Origin: Mobula birostris
Lineage: Eukaryota
NCBI RefSeq assembly: GCF_030028105.1
Contig: NC_092397.1
Span: forward strand, 35,803,097 to 35,867,096
Direction of reading: 5' to 3'
Length of the DNA stretch: 64,000 nt
Under the pieces are notes generated by a model that ran no database searches, was not told the origin of the DNA, and saw nothing but the letters and a program-made list of their open reading frames with translations. Numbering within the stretch: the stretch's first letter is position 1; each line of letters starts with the position of its first letter. Shown in pieces: positions 37,340-50,304 of this stretch. The position numbers and the translations under genes are program-made.

Positions 37340-38835
37340 AAGTTCCTATGAAAATTTACAGCATTGAATCTCAGTGGATTGAATTTGGCTTTTTTTGAAA
37401 CCAATCAATGGAAGAAGAATCTTTTGTGTCAAAGGGAAAACAAATCTCTACAAAATGCTCTCAACTAATTACAAATCAAAAACACTAAATAATTGTCTGT
37501 TTAAGTATTCACCATCTTTAATATGACACACCAAATCATCTCTGGTGCAGCCAATTAGTTTTCGAAGTTACATGATCAGTTAAATGGAGATGACCGTGTG
37601 CAGTCAAGGTGTTTCAATTGATTGTAGTAATAGTACACCTGTAAGTGGAAGGTTGAACTGCTGGTGAGTCAGTATCCTGGGAGAAACTACACCGTGAAGA
37701 CAAATCAACACTCCGAGCTGCTCTGCAAACAGGTAATTGACAATCACAAGCCAGGAGATGGATACAAGAACATTTCCAAGTCACTGAATGCCCTTGGAGT
37801 ATAGCTAAGTCACTCATCCAGAAGTGGGAAGAATATGGCACAGCTGTAAATCTGCCAAGAGCAGGCTATCCTCAAAAACTGAGTGACCCTGCAAGAAGAG
37901 GCCAGTGGGGGAGGCCACCAGGAGACCTATGATAACTCTAGAGGAGTTACAAGCTTCAGTGGTGGGAGAGATTGTGCAAACATCAACTGTTGCCTGGGTG
38001 TTTCACCAGTCGCAGCTTTACGGGAGAGTGGCAGAGAAAAAGCCACTGTTGAAAAATGCTCTCATGAAATCTTGCCTGAAGTTTCCCAGAATTGTGGGGG
38101 ACTCTGAAGTTAGTTGGAAGAAGATTCTATGGTCTGATGAAAACAAAATTGAATTTTTTGACCATCACAAACACTAAGTTTGGAGTAAGCCAAACACCGC
38201 ACAACATCAAAAACACACCATCCCTACCGTGAAGTGTGGTGGAGGCTGCATCACCCTGCGGGTATGCTTCACTGCAGCAGGCCCTGAAAGGTAGAGGGTG
38301 AAATGAATGCAGCAAAATACAGGGAAATCCTGGAGGAAAACCAAATTCAGTCTTCAAGAGAACTGCGACTTAGGAGAAAATTAATTTTCCAGCATGACAA
38401 TGACCACAAGCATAAAACCAAAGCTGCAAAGGAATGCCTTAAAACAACAAAGTTAATGTCCTGGAGTGGCTTTGTGAGAGTTCAGACCTCAATCCAATTG
38501 AGAATTTGTGGCTGGACTTGAAAAGAAGTGTTCGCTCACTAACCCATGCATTCTGACAGAGCTTCTGCAGTTTTGTAAAGAAGAATGTGGAAAAATTGCA
38601 GTGTTCAGATGTGCAAAGCTGATAGACACCTATCGACACAGACGCAACTGTAAATACTGTCAAAGGTGCATCAACTAATTACGGATTTGAAGGAGGTAAA
38701 TACTAAGGCAATGAATTATTTTGTTTCATATTTACAATTAATTTAGATCTGTTTTCACTTTGACACCATAGTCTTTTCTGTTGATCAGTGTCAAAAAAGC
38801 CAAATTAAATCCATTGCAAAACAATAAAACCTAAT
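37340..38835 (+). mobile_element. Degenerate Tc1-family transposon with long inverted ends
   Basis: WSDENKIEFF, FQHDNDHKH, DLNPIENLW; tggattgaatttggctttttt..tgtcaaag at ~37375-37435 is inverted at ~38755-38815. Confidence 0.85.
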
Positions 38836-39039
38836 AACTTACATTTTGCCAATTCCGTGTGGAACATTGAATATAGTGGAATGTCGAAGTCCCAGTCTCT
38901 GTAACCATGTCCCTGCAATTACTGTTAGATCAAACATATTCATCAGTACACAATATGGAACAGATGGCAACCTGCCCTTCGTCTCACAATATCTGCGCCA
39001 ATCATAATAATGATCAGACTTTATTAAGTACTGTGGAGG

Positions 39040-39575
39040 TCTCACTGGAGTATTGTGAGCAGTTTTGGGCTCTTCATCTTAGGAAGGATAAGCTGAAACT
39101 CGATGGGTTTCAAAGGAGGTTCTCCAGATTGATTCCAGGATGAAACATCTTGTCATATGAAGAGTGTTTGATGGCTCTGGGCCTGTATTCACTGGAATTT
39201 TTGAACAATGAGGGGTGGCCCAATTGAAACCTATCGAATGGTGAAAGGCAGTGATAAAGTGGATGTGCAGAAGATGGGAGTGTCTAATATCAAGACACAG
39301 CCTCGGAATAGAGGAGCATCCTTGTAGAATGTGGAGATGAGGAATTTCTTTAGCCAGAGAGTGGTTCATCTGTGGAATTCATTGCCACAGGGAGCTGTTA
39401 AGCCAGGACTTTATGTATATTTAAGGCAGAGGTTGATAGATTCTTGATTGGTCAGAGTATGAAGGGATACAGGGGAAAGGCAGGAGACTGGGGCTGAAAG
39501 GAAAAATGGATCAGCCACAATGAAATGTCGGAGCAGACGACAGGCCAAATGGTTGAATTCTGCTCCTATATCTTA
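39040..39575 (+). mobile_element. CR1 3' end
   Basis: LEYCEQFWA..QRRFSRLIPG; agccagagagtggttcatctgtggaattcattgcc; tail tctgctcctatatctta. Confidence 0.8.
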
Positions 39576-39589
39576 GCCTGTGTCACTTC

Positions 39590-40985
39590 CTGAGAAACCT
39601 CAATCAATTTTGTCAAGCATGATCTGCCCACACAAAACCATGTTGATTGTCCCTAAGCAGGCCATGCCTTTCCGAATGTGCATAAATCCTGTGCCTCAGT
39701 ATCCTCCCCAGTAGCTTCTCTACCACTGAAATGAGGCTGCCTTGCCTATAGATTCCTGGATTCTTGTTATTTCCCTTCTTGATCAAAGCTGCAATATTTC
39801 TGACACTCTAGTCCTGTGGGACCTCACATGTTGTGATCGAGGACACATAGATCCTTGTCAAATCACCGGCAATCTGCTCACTTGTTTCTTTCACTGTTGT
39901 AGGATATTTGCCTTCAGGCCCTGGAGTCTTATCCATCTTATTGCTTTTCAGATGTCCCAGCACAACTTGCTCCTTAATCTCAAAATGTCTCTGCACATTC
40001 GCATGCCTCATTCTGTTTTCATTGCCATTCAATTCCTTCACTTCAGTAAATACTGACACAACGTACTCATTTAGTACCTCAGCCACTTGATCTGACTTCA
40101 ACCACATCATTCCTCCTTTAATCTTGAGTCGACATTTCTATTCTCTGGTTATCCTCGTCTTATTAATACAAATCACAAGGCCTTGGGATCATCTTTGGTC
40201 CTACATTACAAGGACAGTTTGTGGCCCCTTTTGGCCTTTCCTATCACCTGCTTTAGCATTTCCCTGCTACCTTTATATTCCAAAGGTACCCAGTCTGACT
40301 TTAGCTTCACAAACTTTCCATAACCTTTTGACTAAATTTAGGATCTCTCTGCTTGTCTAAAGATCCCTTACTTACCATCCTTCTCCTCACTCCTCACCGG
40401 AACATGCTGATCCTGAACTCAGAGTTGCTGGTCTTTAAACAACTCCCACACATCAGATGTGGACTTGTCTGACAGTGGCTGCTCCCAATCAATGTTGCCT
40501 GGTTCCTGTCTTCCTCCGTCCTGACTTGTCCTCCTGCAAATTAGTACCTTCATACAAGATCTACTTTTATTTTTACTTGTAACTAAGAAAAAAGAAACTT
40601 GTGATCACTGTTCCCAAATGTTCACTGACCCTCAACTGTCACCTGGCCTGGCTCATTCCCATCTGTTCTCACCTCTGGTTGGGCCCTGTACATAATGTTT
40701 CAAACACCTCTCAGATTCACTGAAGAAATCTGGCGCATTTAAGAATTAAGCAAGTTCCAGTTAATCTAGAGAAGATAATGTCCCCCCACTGGTTGTTGCG
40801 GGGCCAATACAAACACCCCAACAGTGTAACTGCAGATTGCCTCTGTAAATGAACCTTCCAGTTTGCTGTGACATTCCCAGTGAGGTAACCTCTGCATTTT
40901 TAACCCCCCACTCACATGTAAAACAATGAAACCCAGGAATGTTGAGCTGCCAGCCCTGTCCGTCCGATAACATAGTACTCCTAGT
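39590..40985 (-). mobile_element. Degenerate CR1 ORF2 fragments
   Basis: AEVLNEYVVSVFT, KTPGPEG, GQGWQLNIPGF. Confidence 0.75.
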
Positions 40986-41049
40986 GTTGAAATAAACTCA
41001 TTTCAGCCCATCAGTCCCACCATGTTTATTAGCCTGACATTGGCTCTCG

Positions 41050-41631
<582 letters not shown>

Positions 41632-41664
41632 AAAACTCCCACTTCCTCCCGAGCACGAAACAAA

Positions 41665-41680
41665 GGCTCTTCTAAGAGCC
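41665..41680 (+). terminator. Histone 3' stem-loop (H4)
   Basis: aaa GGCTCT TCTA AGAGCC accca. Confidence 0.95.
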
Positions 41681-42149
41681 ACCCACCGCCTCACAGACGG
41701 AGCCGTATCCACAACCTTTTAATTATTTTTATCGATACATTCAGCTGAGTTACATTTGAAACACATTAATCGGTTCGGTTTGCAATATTCCTGCGAATCT
41801 GCCTTTCCAGTCGGTGATTACTTCAGAACCTCTGAACGCGTTAAGATCGATCTTCATCCTTTTATCCGTCTCGGACAGGAATCAGTTCACTCGTTTAGAG
41901 ATGCGACTCCGTAATTATGCATTTAAATCTTAACTCAGGGGAATAGATATTAAATTTATTAAATGAAACTGAAATTGTATAATGCGTGATAAAACTAACG
42001 GTAAATAATTTTTAAAAAAGTCTTCCATCACCGTTGCTGGGTGCTTTGAAATTGGCGGGCAATTTGAAATTGATCCTGCGCCAATCACACTGTATTCTGA
42101 TCCGATGAAGTCCGACTGCCAGTAAATTCCTAGAACTCCTTCTGTACGT

Positions 42150-42334
42150 GGTGTGTGAGGGAGTTTTTCTCTCTCTCTGGAGCTCTGTGTTTCGGACAAA
42201 CCGTTGGAAATTGCCGGGTGTATTAAAGTGAAGACGGAGCTGGACGATGAGAGGCCGCTCTCGGCTCTGTCCGTCACTCTGACTCTGTCTCCTCCCCTCC
42301 CCGCCTCTGTCTCTCTGCGCGTTTCTCGGGCAGG
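42150..42334 (+). promoter_or_regulatory. Orphan duplicate of the H4 promoter (no TATA, no CDS)
   Basis: 42236-42334 is identical to 41147-41245 (99 bp), with diverged homology further upstream. Confidence 0.85.
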
Positions 42335-42579
42335 AGTGGTGGCAGAGGATTGGAGGATGGGTCATGTTATCCAGTAATTTAGGATCGAAGGAAAACCAAA
42401 CACAAGACCATTGTGCAGATGCTGATGGAGGGTCTCGGCCTGAAACGTTGGCTGTTTCCAGTTTCTCATAGATGCTGCCTGGCCTGCTGAGTTCCTCCAG
42501 CACTGCGCGTGTATCGCTGCGAGGAAAAGCCTGGGAGCTGAGTCAGGGCTGATAACGTCACTGCCCGGCTCAGCAAATT

Positions 42580-45010
42580 TATCGATGTCACTAAAGTTGG
42601 TGATATCGTGGAGTGTGAAACAATGTAACTAACATTACAACAGGACGGTGATCAATGAGGTCACTGATTTGAGGAATGACAGATAAATGTGAGATGTTCC
42701 ATTGTCATTGACGAACCAGGGCAGAACTGCCGTGGGGAATGGTCTGTCCCTGGGAGTGCTGTAAAACAGAGATATCGGGGTGTAGATATCGAATTCCTTC
42801 AGAGTGTAAACACAGGTAGGCAGGACGGTGAAGAAGCTGGTCGCCACACTCGCATTCATCGGGTAGAGTATCGGCCACTGGACTGTGACGTCACGTTACA
42901 GCTCTACCAGCCTCGGGGAAACTACTCTCGGAGCACGGAGTACAGTTATAGTTGCCCTGGGATCAGAGGGTGACATTAAACTGGAGAGGGTGCAAAAGGG
43001 ATTTAACAGGAGGCTGCATAGGCCAGGACCTTTCTCACCAGAGTGTATGTGACATTAGAAAGGTGATAAAATAATGGCAGTCATAGATATGGTCAACAGT
43101 GAATCTGTTATCTCCAGGTTTATGGAGTTGGAAGCGAGAGATTACAGATATAAAGTGAGAGAGGAAAGATTTAAATAGGACCCTGAGGAGCAGGTTTTGT
43201 ACACAGAATGTGCTGTTTACATGGAACAAACTACCCCGAGTGATGGTGTAGGTGGGCACAGTTGCAATATCTCTTGGACTGTGGAGAGGGAAGTTTCACA
43301 GGGACATGGGCCAAATGCAGGCAACTGACAATAATTTTGTTTGGCCACTTGGTCAGCATGGATGTGTTGGGCTGAAGGACCTGTTTCTGTGCTGCATAAC
43401 TCAGTAACTACGTCTGCTGCTGTGGCAGAGTGGGAGAGACAGTGTCAGTAGTGAGAAGGTTTGGGGGATGCAGACAGGAGAGTGAACGGTTGAGGATGTG
43501 GCAGATGGAACAGAATGTGGGGAAATGTGTGATCACCCATTCCCAGGAACAAACTGTAAGAGTCATTACCACACAGGGATGTTCAGAGGGACCTGGGCAT
43601 CCTTGCAAACAAATCACTTGAGTTTACATGCAGATACAACAAGTAATGAGAGTGCCTGAACTGTGCTGTACTATTCTATGTTCTATTTATATGGGAGGCA
43701 GGGTTTGAGGGTCGGCACAACATTGTGGGCCAAAGGGCCTGTACTGTGCTGTACTGTTCTATGTTCTATGTTCAAACAGTATTTTGTCCTGTGATCCATG
43801 GGGATTGTACAAGAGGGTACAGAGGTCTCACTGGGATTATATAGGGCCCTGGTGAGAGCACACCTTGAGTATCGTGTCCAGGTTTGGTCACACTTCCTCA
43901 GGAAGGATATCCCTGCAATAGAGGGAGTGCAGTGACTGTTCCCCACACTGACTGGGTTGGTTCCGGGGATGGAAGGTTGGTTATATGAGAGGAGAGTGAG
44001 TGCGCTGGGTCTGTATTCCCTGCTGTTCATGAGAAAACGAGGAAATCTGTTAGATTCTTTCAGGATATGACAGGCAATAGGCAAGGAGGATCTTTCCCCT
44101 GAATGAGAACTCCATATCTGAGGAAAATACCCTTAGAATGAGGTGTAAATCACAAACACGAGAGAATCTGCTGATGCTAGAAATCAAACGCAACACACAC
44201 AAAATGCTGGAAGAACTCAGCAGGACAGGCAGCCTCTATGAAAAAGAGTTAACAGTCGACACTTCGGGCCGAGACACTTCATCAGATCTCAGGGTGAAGA
44301 TTCTCAGCCCGAAGCATCGACTCGTTACTCTTTTCCATAGATGCTGCCTGGCCTGCTGACTTCCTCCAGCATTTTGTGTCTGTTGCTCAGAATGAGGTGA
44401 CAAGCATTCAGGATGGAAATGAGATATTTTGTTAATCAGAGAACAAAGAACTTCTGTATTCCTTATATAAGTAATGTGGAGCCTCAGTTGCTGGGTTGAG
44501 TCAAAGCTGAGATCAACAGTCTCTGGGAGAGATTTAGTCACTAAGTGAGTCCATAAGACCATAAGATACAGGAGCAGAATTCGGCCATTTTGCCTGTCGA
44601 GCCTTCTCTGGCATTTCATCATCACTGATCAATTTTTCCTCTCAGCCCCAATCTCCTGCCTTCCATTGTATCCCTTCATGCCCTGACCAATCAAGAATCT
44701 ATCAATCTCTGCCTATACCCAGTGATTTGGCCTCCACAGCTGCCTGTAGCAAAACAATTCACAGATTCACCACTCTCTGGCTGAAGAAATTCCTCCTCAT
44801 TTCCATTCTAAAAGGATGCCCCTCTATTTTGAAGCTGTGTGGTCCAGTTTTAGACACACCCATCACAGGAAAAATCCTCTCCACATCCACTCAATCAAGC
44901 CCTTTCACTATTTGATAGGTTTCAATTTGGTAACCCTTCTTTCTTCGAAGTTCCAATGAATAGAGGCCCAGAGCCGTGAAACTCTCTTCATTAGGCAAGC
45001 CATTTAATCC
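42580..45010. mobile_element. Mosaic of CR1 3' fragments
   Basis: LQLYQ, YRALVRAHLEYRVQVW, 3' tails (tgtactgttctatgttctatgttc at ~43750; cataagaccataagatacaggagcagaat at ~44552). Confidence 0.7.
44146..44385. mobile_element. Palindromic pair of Penelope pLTR segments inserted with a ~14-bp TSD
   Basis: Inverted arms of ~100 bp around ~44290; flanks cttagaatgaggtg (44132-44145) and ctcagaatgaggtg (44386-44399). Confidence 0.78.
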
Positions 45011-46269
45011 TGAGTAAAATTCTCCATTTGTGATGTCATGTCAGCACAAAAAAATCTGGATTTCAGAGATGTTTGCATTTTGGAATTATGGACCAATCTC
45101 CACAGACCTAATCACTAATTTGTACTGCAGTGAACACTGTTAATTTAACCCATGCAATCCCAGGCATACAGATGCAAAATAAAGACAATTCTAAATTGAA
45201 AGTAGGAAAGTTGAACCTTACTTGGAGGTAAAGCCTGATTACTAGGCCTCAGAACATTCTACTCCCCAAATGGTCAAAATAAAGCCAAGTAACAAGGTTT
45301 AAAATACCCACAACATGCAGAATTACATGCCTCTCATTACCTTGATCCATGGGATAAACACAAGCGGGCCTGATTAACCCTGGCTGGGTTGCCTGGGCGA
45401 GGATGTCTCATGATTAAAGACCCAAAACACCCAATGACCCCAGGTTGCATTACTGACGATGTGTCCCTTTGCAACACCCGGTTCATTAAGCCAAGTGGTG
45501 TCAGGCCACGTTAATGAAAGGAATGGGCCAGATTGAAGTGACTCCACTACACTACCCTATCCACCATAGCCCCACCTATCTCACCATACTAAACTCCACA
45601 GCATTATCTCTCCCAGCCCCGCATATACATCCACCAGCCCTACCCTCAAACCTAATCCTGAGGTTCAAGGGGGCACACACCCCCACAAACCCGATGACCA
45701 GTGTAAGGAGAAGGAAGATGCAATAAAGGCAAGTGTTGGACTTGGTTAATGAAGGCATGGGCCAGATCAAAGTGGCAGCGTTGTGTGACACTGAATCCAG
45801 AGTGACGAGATGAAGAAGCACAAGAGGGATGATTCTCCCACTGCCGGCATAATCTGTTTGTTATTTTGATTTTGTTCTGATAGTCTTCTGTCTGTTTGAA
45901 TATTTTGGTATAATTCATATTTAATTTCAGTGTTTCTTGTCAGTGTTGTGTCTCTGATGCAATGTCTGTGATGCTGCTACAAATACTTTGTTCCTTTCAC
46001 CTGTGCATAAATAAACTCGATTTAAACTTTACACTGAAATGTCCAAATCTCTCCTTCACTCTCCTGCAGCCCTATGTCATGAACTAAATGTCCTAGTGTT
46101 TAATTTTACAATATTTCATCTGATTTTATTTTCATTCGGCTTTTGAAATTTGCGTTTCCCTTTTCAATTTCAGCCCGCACCCCGGCCTGTCTCTGCCCTT
46201 CAGTACTTCCTCCCGCATCAAACGACAGCGGTAAACCCCGCCCATTGGCGCCGCTTCCCATCCCCCAGC

Positions 46270-46415
46270 GTTCCGATTGGTGATTCATTTCTCCAAACAG
46301 CCAATGGAAATGCTCAGCATTCCCATCCTCATTAACATACCGCTTTGGGCGCTGCCTATTTAATCCGCGCTCCGGACAGCTTCTGCTTATTATTGTGTTT
46401 GAAACCGACGAGGAA
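46270..46415 (+). promoter_or_regulatory. H2B promoter
   Basis: ATTGG 46276, CCAAT 46301, octamer-like ATTAACAT 46331-46338, TATTTAA 46357-46363; homologous to the promoter at 53550-53660. Confidence 0.75.
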
Positions 46416-46790
46416 ATGCCTGATCCAGCGAAACCCGCTCCCAAGAAGGGCGCCAAGAAAGCTTTGTCCAAACCAGTGAGCAAGACTGGCAAGAAGCGCA
46501 AGAGGTCGAGGAAGGAGACTTACGCCATCTACATCTACAAAGTGATGAAGCAGGTTCACCCCGACACCGGCATCTCCTCCAAGGCCATGAGCATCATGAA
46601 TTCATTCGTCAACGATATTTTCGAGCGCATCGCGGGCGAGGCTTCCCGCCTGGCCCATTACAACAAGCGGTCCACCATCAGCTCCCGGGAGATCCAGACC
46701 GCCGTGCGGCTGCTGCTGCCCGGGGAGCTGGCCAAGCACGCCGTGTCCGAAGGGACAAAGGCGGTGACCAAGTACACCAGCTCCAAGTGA
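46416..46790 (+). CDS. H2B: Histone H2B (copy 1, 124 aa)
   Basis: [15 protein letters not shown]...[14 protein letters not shown]...TKYTSSK; true ATG is at 46416, the track start is upstream. Confidence 0.98.
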   Translation: MPDPAKPAPKKGAKKALSKPVSKTGKKRKRSRKETYAIYIYKVMKQVHPDTGISSKAMSIMNSFVNDIFERIAGEASRLAHYNKRSTISSREIQTAVRLLLPGELAKHAVSEGTKAVTKYTSSK

Positions 46791-46827
46791 AGACAAGTTC
46801 ACTGACAAAACAAACCGGAAAATCAAA

Positions 46828-46868
46828 GGCTCTTTTAAGAGCCACTCACGGTTTCATTAAAAGAGTTA
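46828..46868 (+). terminator. Histone stem-loop plus purine-rich downstream element (H2B copy 1)
   Basis: GGCTCT TTTA AGAGCC (46828-46843), then aaaagagtt at ~46859. Confidence 0.93.
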
Positions 46869-47449
46869 CACGATATTGAGACATGGAATTGAGGTAAATT
46901 TGGAATTTTTTGTTGAAATGCTCATTCAGAATCTTATCCCCGTTAATCAGAACTTGCTGTCCGCTGCTCAGTATAATCCCAATTTCTCTGTTAATTCCTG
47001 CCAACTGCCCAGACACGGAATCGTTACACACCCGTTTCCCCGTCGCTTCCTCTCGGTCATCAGATTTCTCTGACATGGACGCTAATGTTTCTGGTTTAAA
47101 TACCGTGGGTTCATTAAGCTTTGTCCCATTTTCGATACTTCTCTTAACCCCATTCCGACGCAAGAGCTGAACACTGTCACGGGTCGTTCAGAGTACTTGT
47201 TAAAGCTCCACTTTCTGACGGGTGACCCCTTGCTAAACTGACTTGAGTTTACACAATGACCGACCGCGAACGGCAGCTGAGGACCGGTTTTATTCCAATC
47301 GTTTATCAATTGAAAGATATCGGTGAACTAATTTCTCAGACACCATCGCAATATTAACTACACTTTGTTTAAGTGTGTCGGACTCCAGTAACGGGGGTAA
47401 AGAGCCGACAAACAAACCTGTTGTGGTTTAATTTCAGCAACAAAGGCTT

Positions 47450-47635
47450 TTTTGGCGGTGTATTGCAAATTTCAGTTTATTTCGGCGGTTGGACGGTATT
47501 TTCCGCGCTTCTACAGTCTGATTGGTGAATAAGGCAGCTCTGTGATTGGAATATTTGCTCTTTCAAATCAGAATGGGCACTGGTTCACCAATCATAAACG
47601 CCCCACTACATTCCGCACCTCCCGCCCCGCCTGCA
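47450..47635 (+). promoter_or_regulatory. Orphan H2A-type promoter (distal CCAAT boxes only, no TATA or CDS)
   Basis: tttttggcgg..ttcag..ccgcgcttct..gattggtga.taaggcag..gattgg..caccaat parallels 54645-54777 upstream of H2A. Confidence 0.7.
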
Positions 47636-47769
47636 TCAGAAGGGCGATTTTCAGAAGCCTGATTTCTAATGGTCAAAACTTCGTTTATTTCTGATTTATC
47701 AAATCTATGTGATGTTATATGTATTCAGGAAACCTGATTGTTATCGCATTTAAGTTCTTCCTTCCAGTG

Positions 47770-49050
47770 TTATATTGTAATTAAGCGTGATAGATTAGTT
47801 GGTAGAGGAGGTGGTGTTGCAAGTTTTTTTTAAAGAGAGGGAGAGGCCATAAAGTTGTGGATGTAAATGAAATGTATGAGGCATTTGAAGACATTTGATT
47901 CCACAGGTAGGGGCAATAAAGTGGTATATTATTATAACGTCGACTGTACCTCTTCCTAGAGATGCTGCCTGGCCTGCTGCGTTCACCAGCAACTTTTATG
48001 CGTGTTGCTTGAAATTCCAGCATCTGCAGATTTCCTCGTGTTTGTGTATTATTATAACCATTGTGGAAAGCTTCCGATTGATTTGTTGGAGAGTATACGT
48101 AGCTCTAGCTCACTAAGCGTTGTATGGTGTGGGGATTTTAACACATAATTAATTTACTGTGGGGTTGTTCTCAGATTGGTAATATTTTGTTTATAGAAGA
48201 GTTTCAGATATTTCATATCCTGTTAGTCTTTATGGTGGGGGAGGTACGAGATTTAATGTTCATAATAGTTCTGAAAATGCTGTAAATTTAACTTTAGTTT
48301 TGAACATTGGAGTGAGTAGTGGGATGTCATGGGAGATGAAGCATTGGGGAGTGATCGTTTCCCTATGTTTATAAGCTTGGGTTTGGATTTATATAGGGGG
48401 CATGAGGCCACTTTTAGGAGGTGGAACTCTGGTAAAGCAAATTGGGAGAAGTTTGAATGTTTTATGTGCTGAGTGTCTGTCTGGGCTGAATGGTGAGGAT
48501 GATGTGGATTTCTGCAAAGAAACGTTGTGACATTATTCATCAAATAGTGGTGGCAGAGATTCAATTTAAAAAGTGCAGTAGTGGGAGAAAAGCTGTACCG
48601 TGGTGGACGGAGGAGTGTGCAGAGGCAGTTACTGAGAGAAACGTGGCATTTCGGAAAGTTAGGAAGTATCACTCTCCGTGTAATCATATTAAGTGTAACA
48701 GGTCACAGGCCGTGGTGAGGAAAGTAATGAAGCTTGTGAAAAAGATTTACTGGAGGTCATACTGTGAAAGTATTGGAAGGACTATTAAACTTGAAGATGT
48801 TTGGGGAATGACTAAGAAAATGGGGGTGTGGGATTCATAGGGTTCCGAATATTGATTAAAGAAGGTAATACAATTGTTCCTGAAGGAGAGACGGTTGAGT
48901 CCTGGCTCGGTCATTTGCTGCAATTCATAATCAAAATAGGTGGAGAGACTAAACAATGTAGCAATAAGGTTTTACAAGAATATCTTAATGTGTTGGAAAC
49001 CAGCTGTAGCAATGATAGTATTAGTGATGTAGAGTTTCTTTGTGTGAATT
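47770..49050 (+). mobile_element. I-clade/Nimb-like LINE endonuclease/linker remnant
   Basis: RDRLVGRGGGVA, GDFNTH, LGSDRFP, VPWWTEECAEAV..YWRSYCESI. Confidence 0.7.
47939..48046 (+). mobile_element. 108-bp Penelope pLTR insertion with a 12-bp TSD
   Basis: tattattataac at 47927-47938 and 48047-48058 flanks gtcgactgtacctcttcctagagatgctgcctggcc... Confidence 0.85.
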
Positions 49051-50304
49051 TAAGAATTCTCTCTCCCCTCCCCCACCTTTTAAAATTTACTCCTCATTGT
49101 TTTTTCTCCAGTCCTGCTGAAGAATCTCGGCCCAAAACGTCAGCTGTACTTTTATCCACAGATGCTGCCTGGCCTGCAGAGTTTCTCCAGCATTTTGTGT
49201 GTGTTCCTTGGATTTCCAGCATCTGCAGATTTTCTCCTGGTTATTACTCAATGTCAACAAGCATTTTGTATGACAACTGTCATAGTTCCACTCATTTAGA
49301 AATGCAGATATGAAACTCGAGGTTCAGCAGATGCTGGGAATAAACTGTAAAGTGACACACACAAAGTACTGCGGGAACTCAGCAGGTCAGGCAGCAGCTA
49401 AACAGAGGAATAAACAGTCTAGATAGGATGAAGTGTCTTGGCCCATAATATCAACTATTTATTTGTCTGCACAGATGCTGCTGGGGGGCACTGAGTCCCT
49501 CCAGTATTTTGCAAACATAAACCTCTTTTTTCAGTCAATCAGTTTCCAAATGTTGCTGAACTTTCATTTGCAGCCTCATCCTCCTGGTCTGATTCCCTCC
49601 TTCTACTCTACATAAACTCGAGCCTCCATCACATCTGGAGCTCCAAAGCCCTCATTTGTGCTGACCCGTCTTGTTTCTGCTCCACCATTCTGCTGTCGTA
49701 CTTTAGAGGAGAGTGTTGTATTGCAACAGCCCGGCAGGGTGAGGCACAGCCCTTCGAAATCAGTGAAAATGACACAAAACAATGAACAGAGTGGGACAGG
49801 AAGATTTTAACAACACAAGACTTCAGCCTTGGTCCAGAGCTGTGAGGGATGAGGAATATTTGGGAGAAAACCACAGTAAATTAATCCTCTGCAGTTTACA
49901 GAAAGTCGTGGAGTGAATTCAAGGTAAACCTCTTCATCGCCAGACCGGTGACCAGTTACATCCTGAACATTATAGGGTGAGTTAGTGGTGAACGGCAGGG
50001 ATGGGGTTGAAAGCTCTGGTGTGCAATAGGAACACAAGCAGGTACCAGCTGGACTGAGTGGCCTCTCGACTGTTCATTATCAGTGTGACAGGGAGGAAGC
50101 ACCTGAGACACAGGATTTGAAATGGAATTGATCTATTTGTCTATGACAGATCCACAATATTAAACATCAGTGTATTTTAAGATGGTGGGATGAACCCCCT
50201 CAATGCTCAGTAACCAGGGTTCAGTCCTGGGTCTGATGAGCAGCCACAATATCTGTGGAATCTGACATTAACAGTCCCATATACAGCTTCTTATAACTTC
50301 CTCC

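Noticed and set aside
45355-45470. Segment resembling a Hero/R2-group LINE 3' UTR, with a ctgacga motif
   Set aside because: The family resemblance is from memory only, there is no adjoining ORF, and I could not build hammerhead stems.
46395-46415. N-terminal extensions on both H2B ORFs in the track
   Set aside because: They arise from non-ATG starts in the 5' UTR; the true ATGs are at 46416 and 53678.
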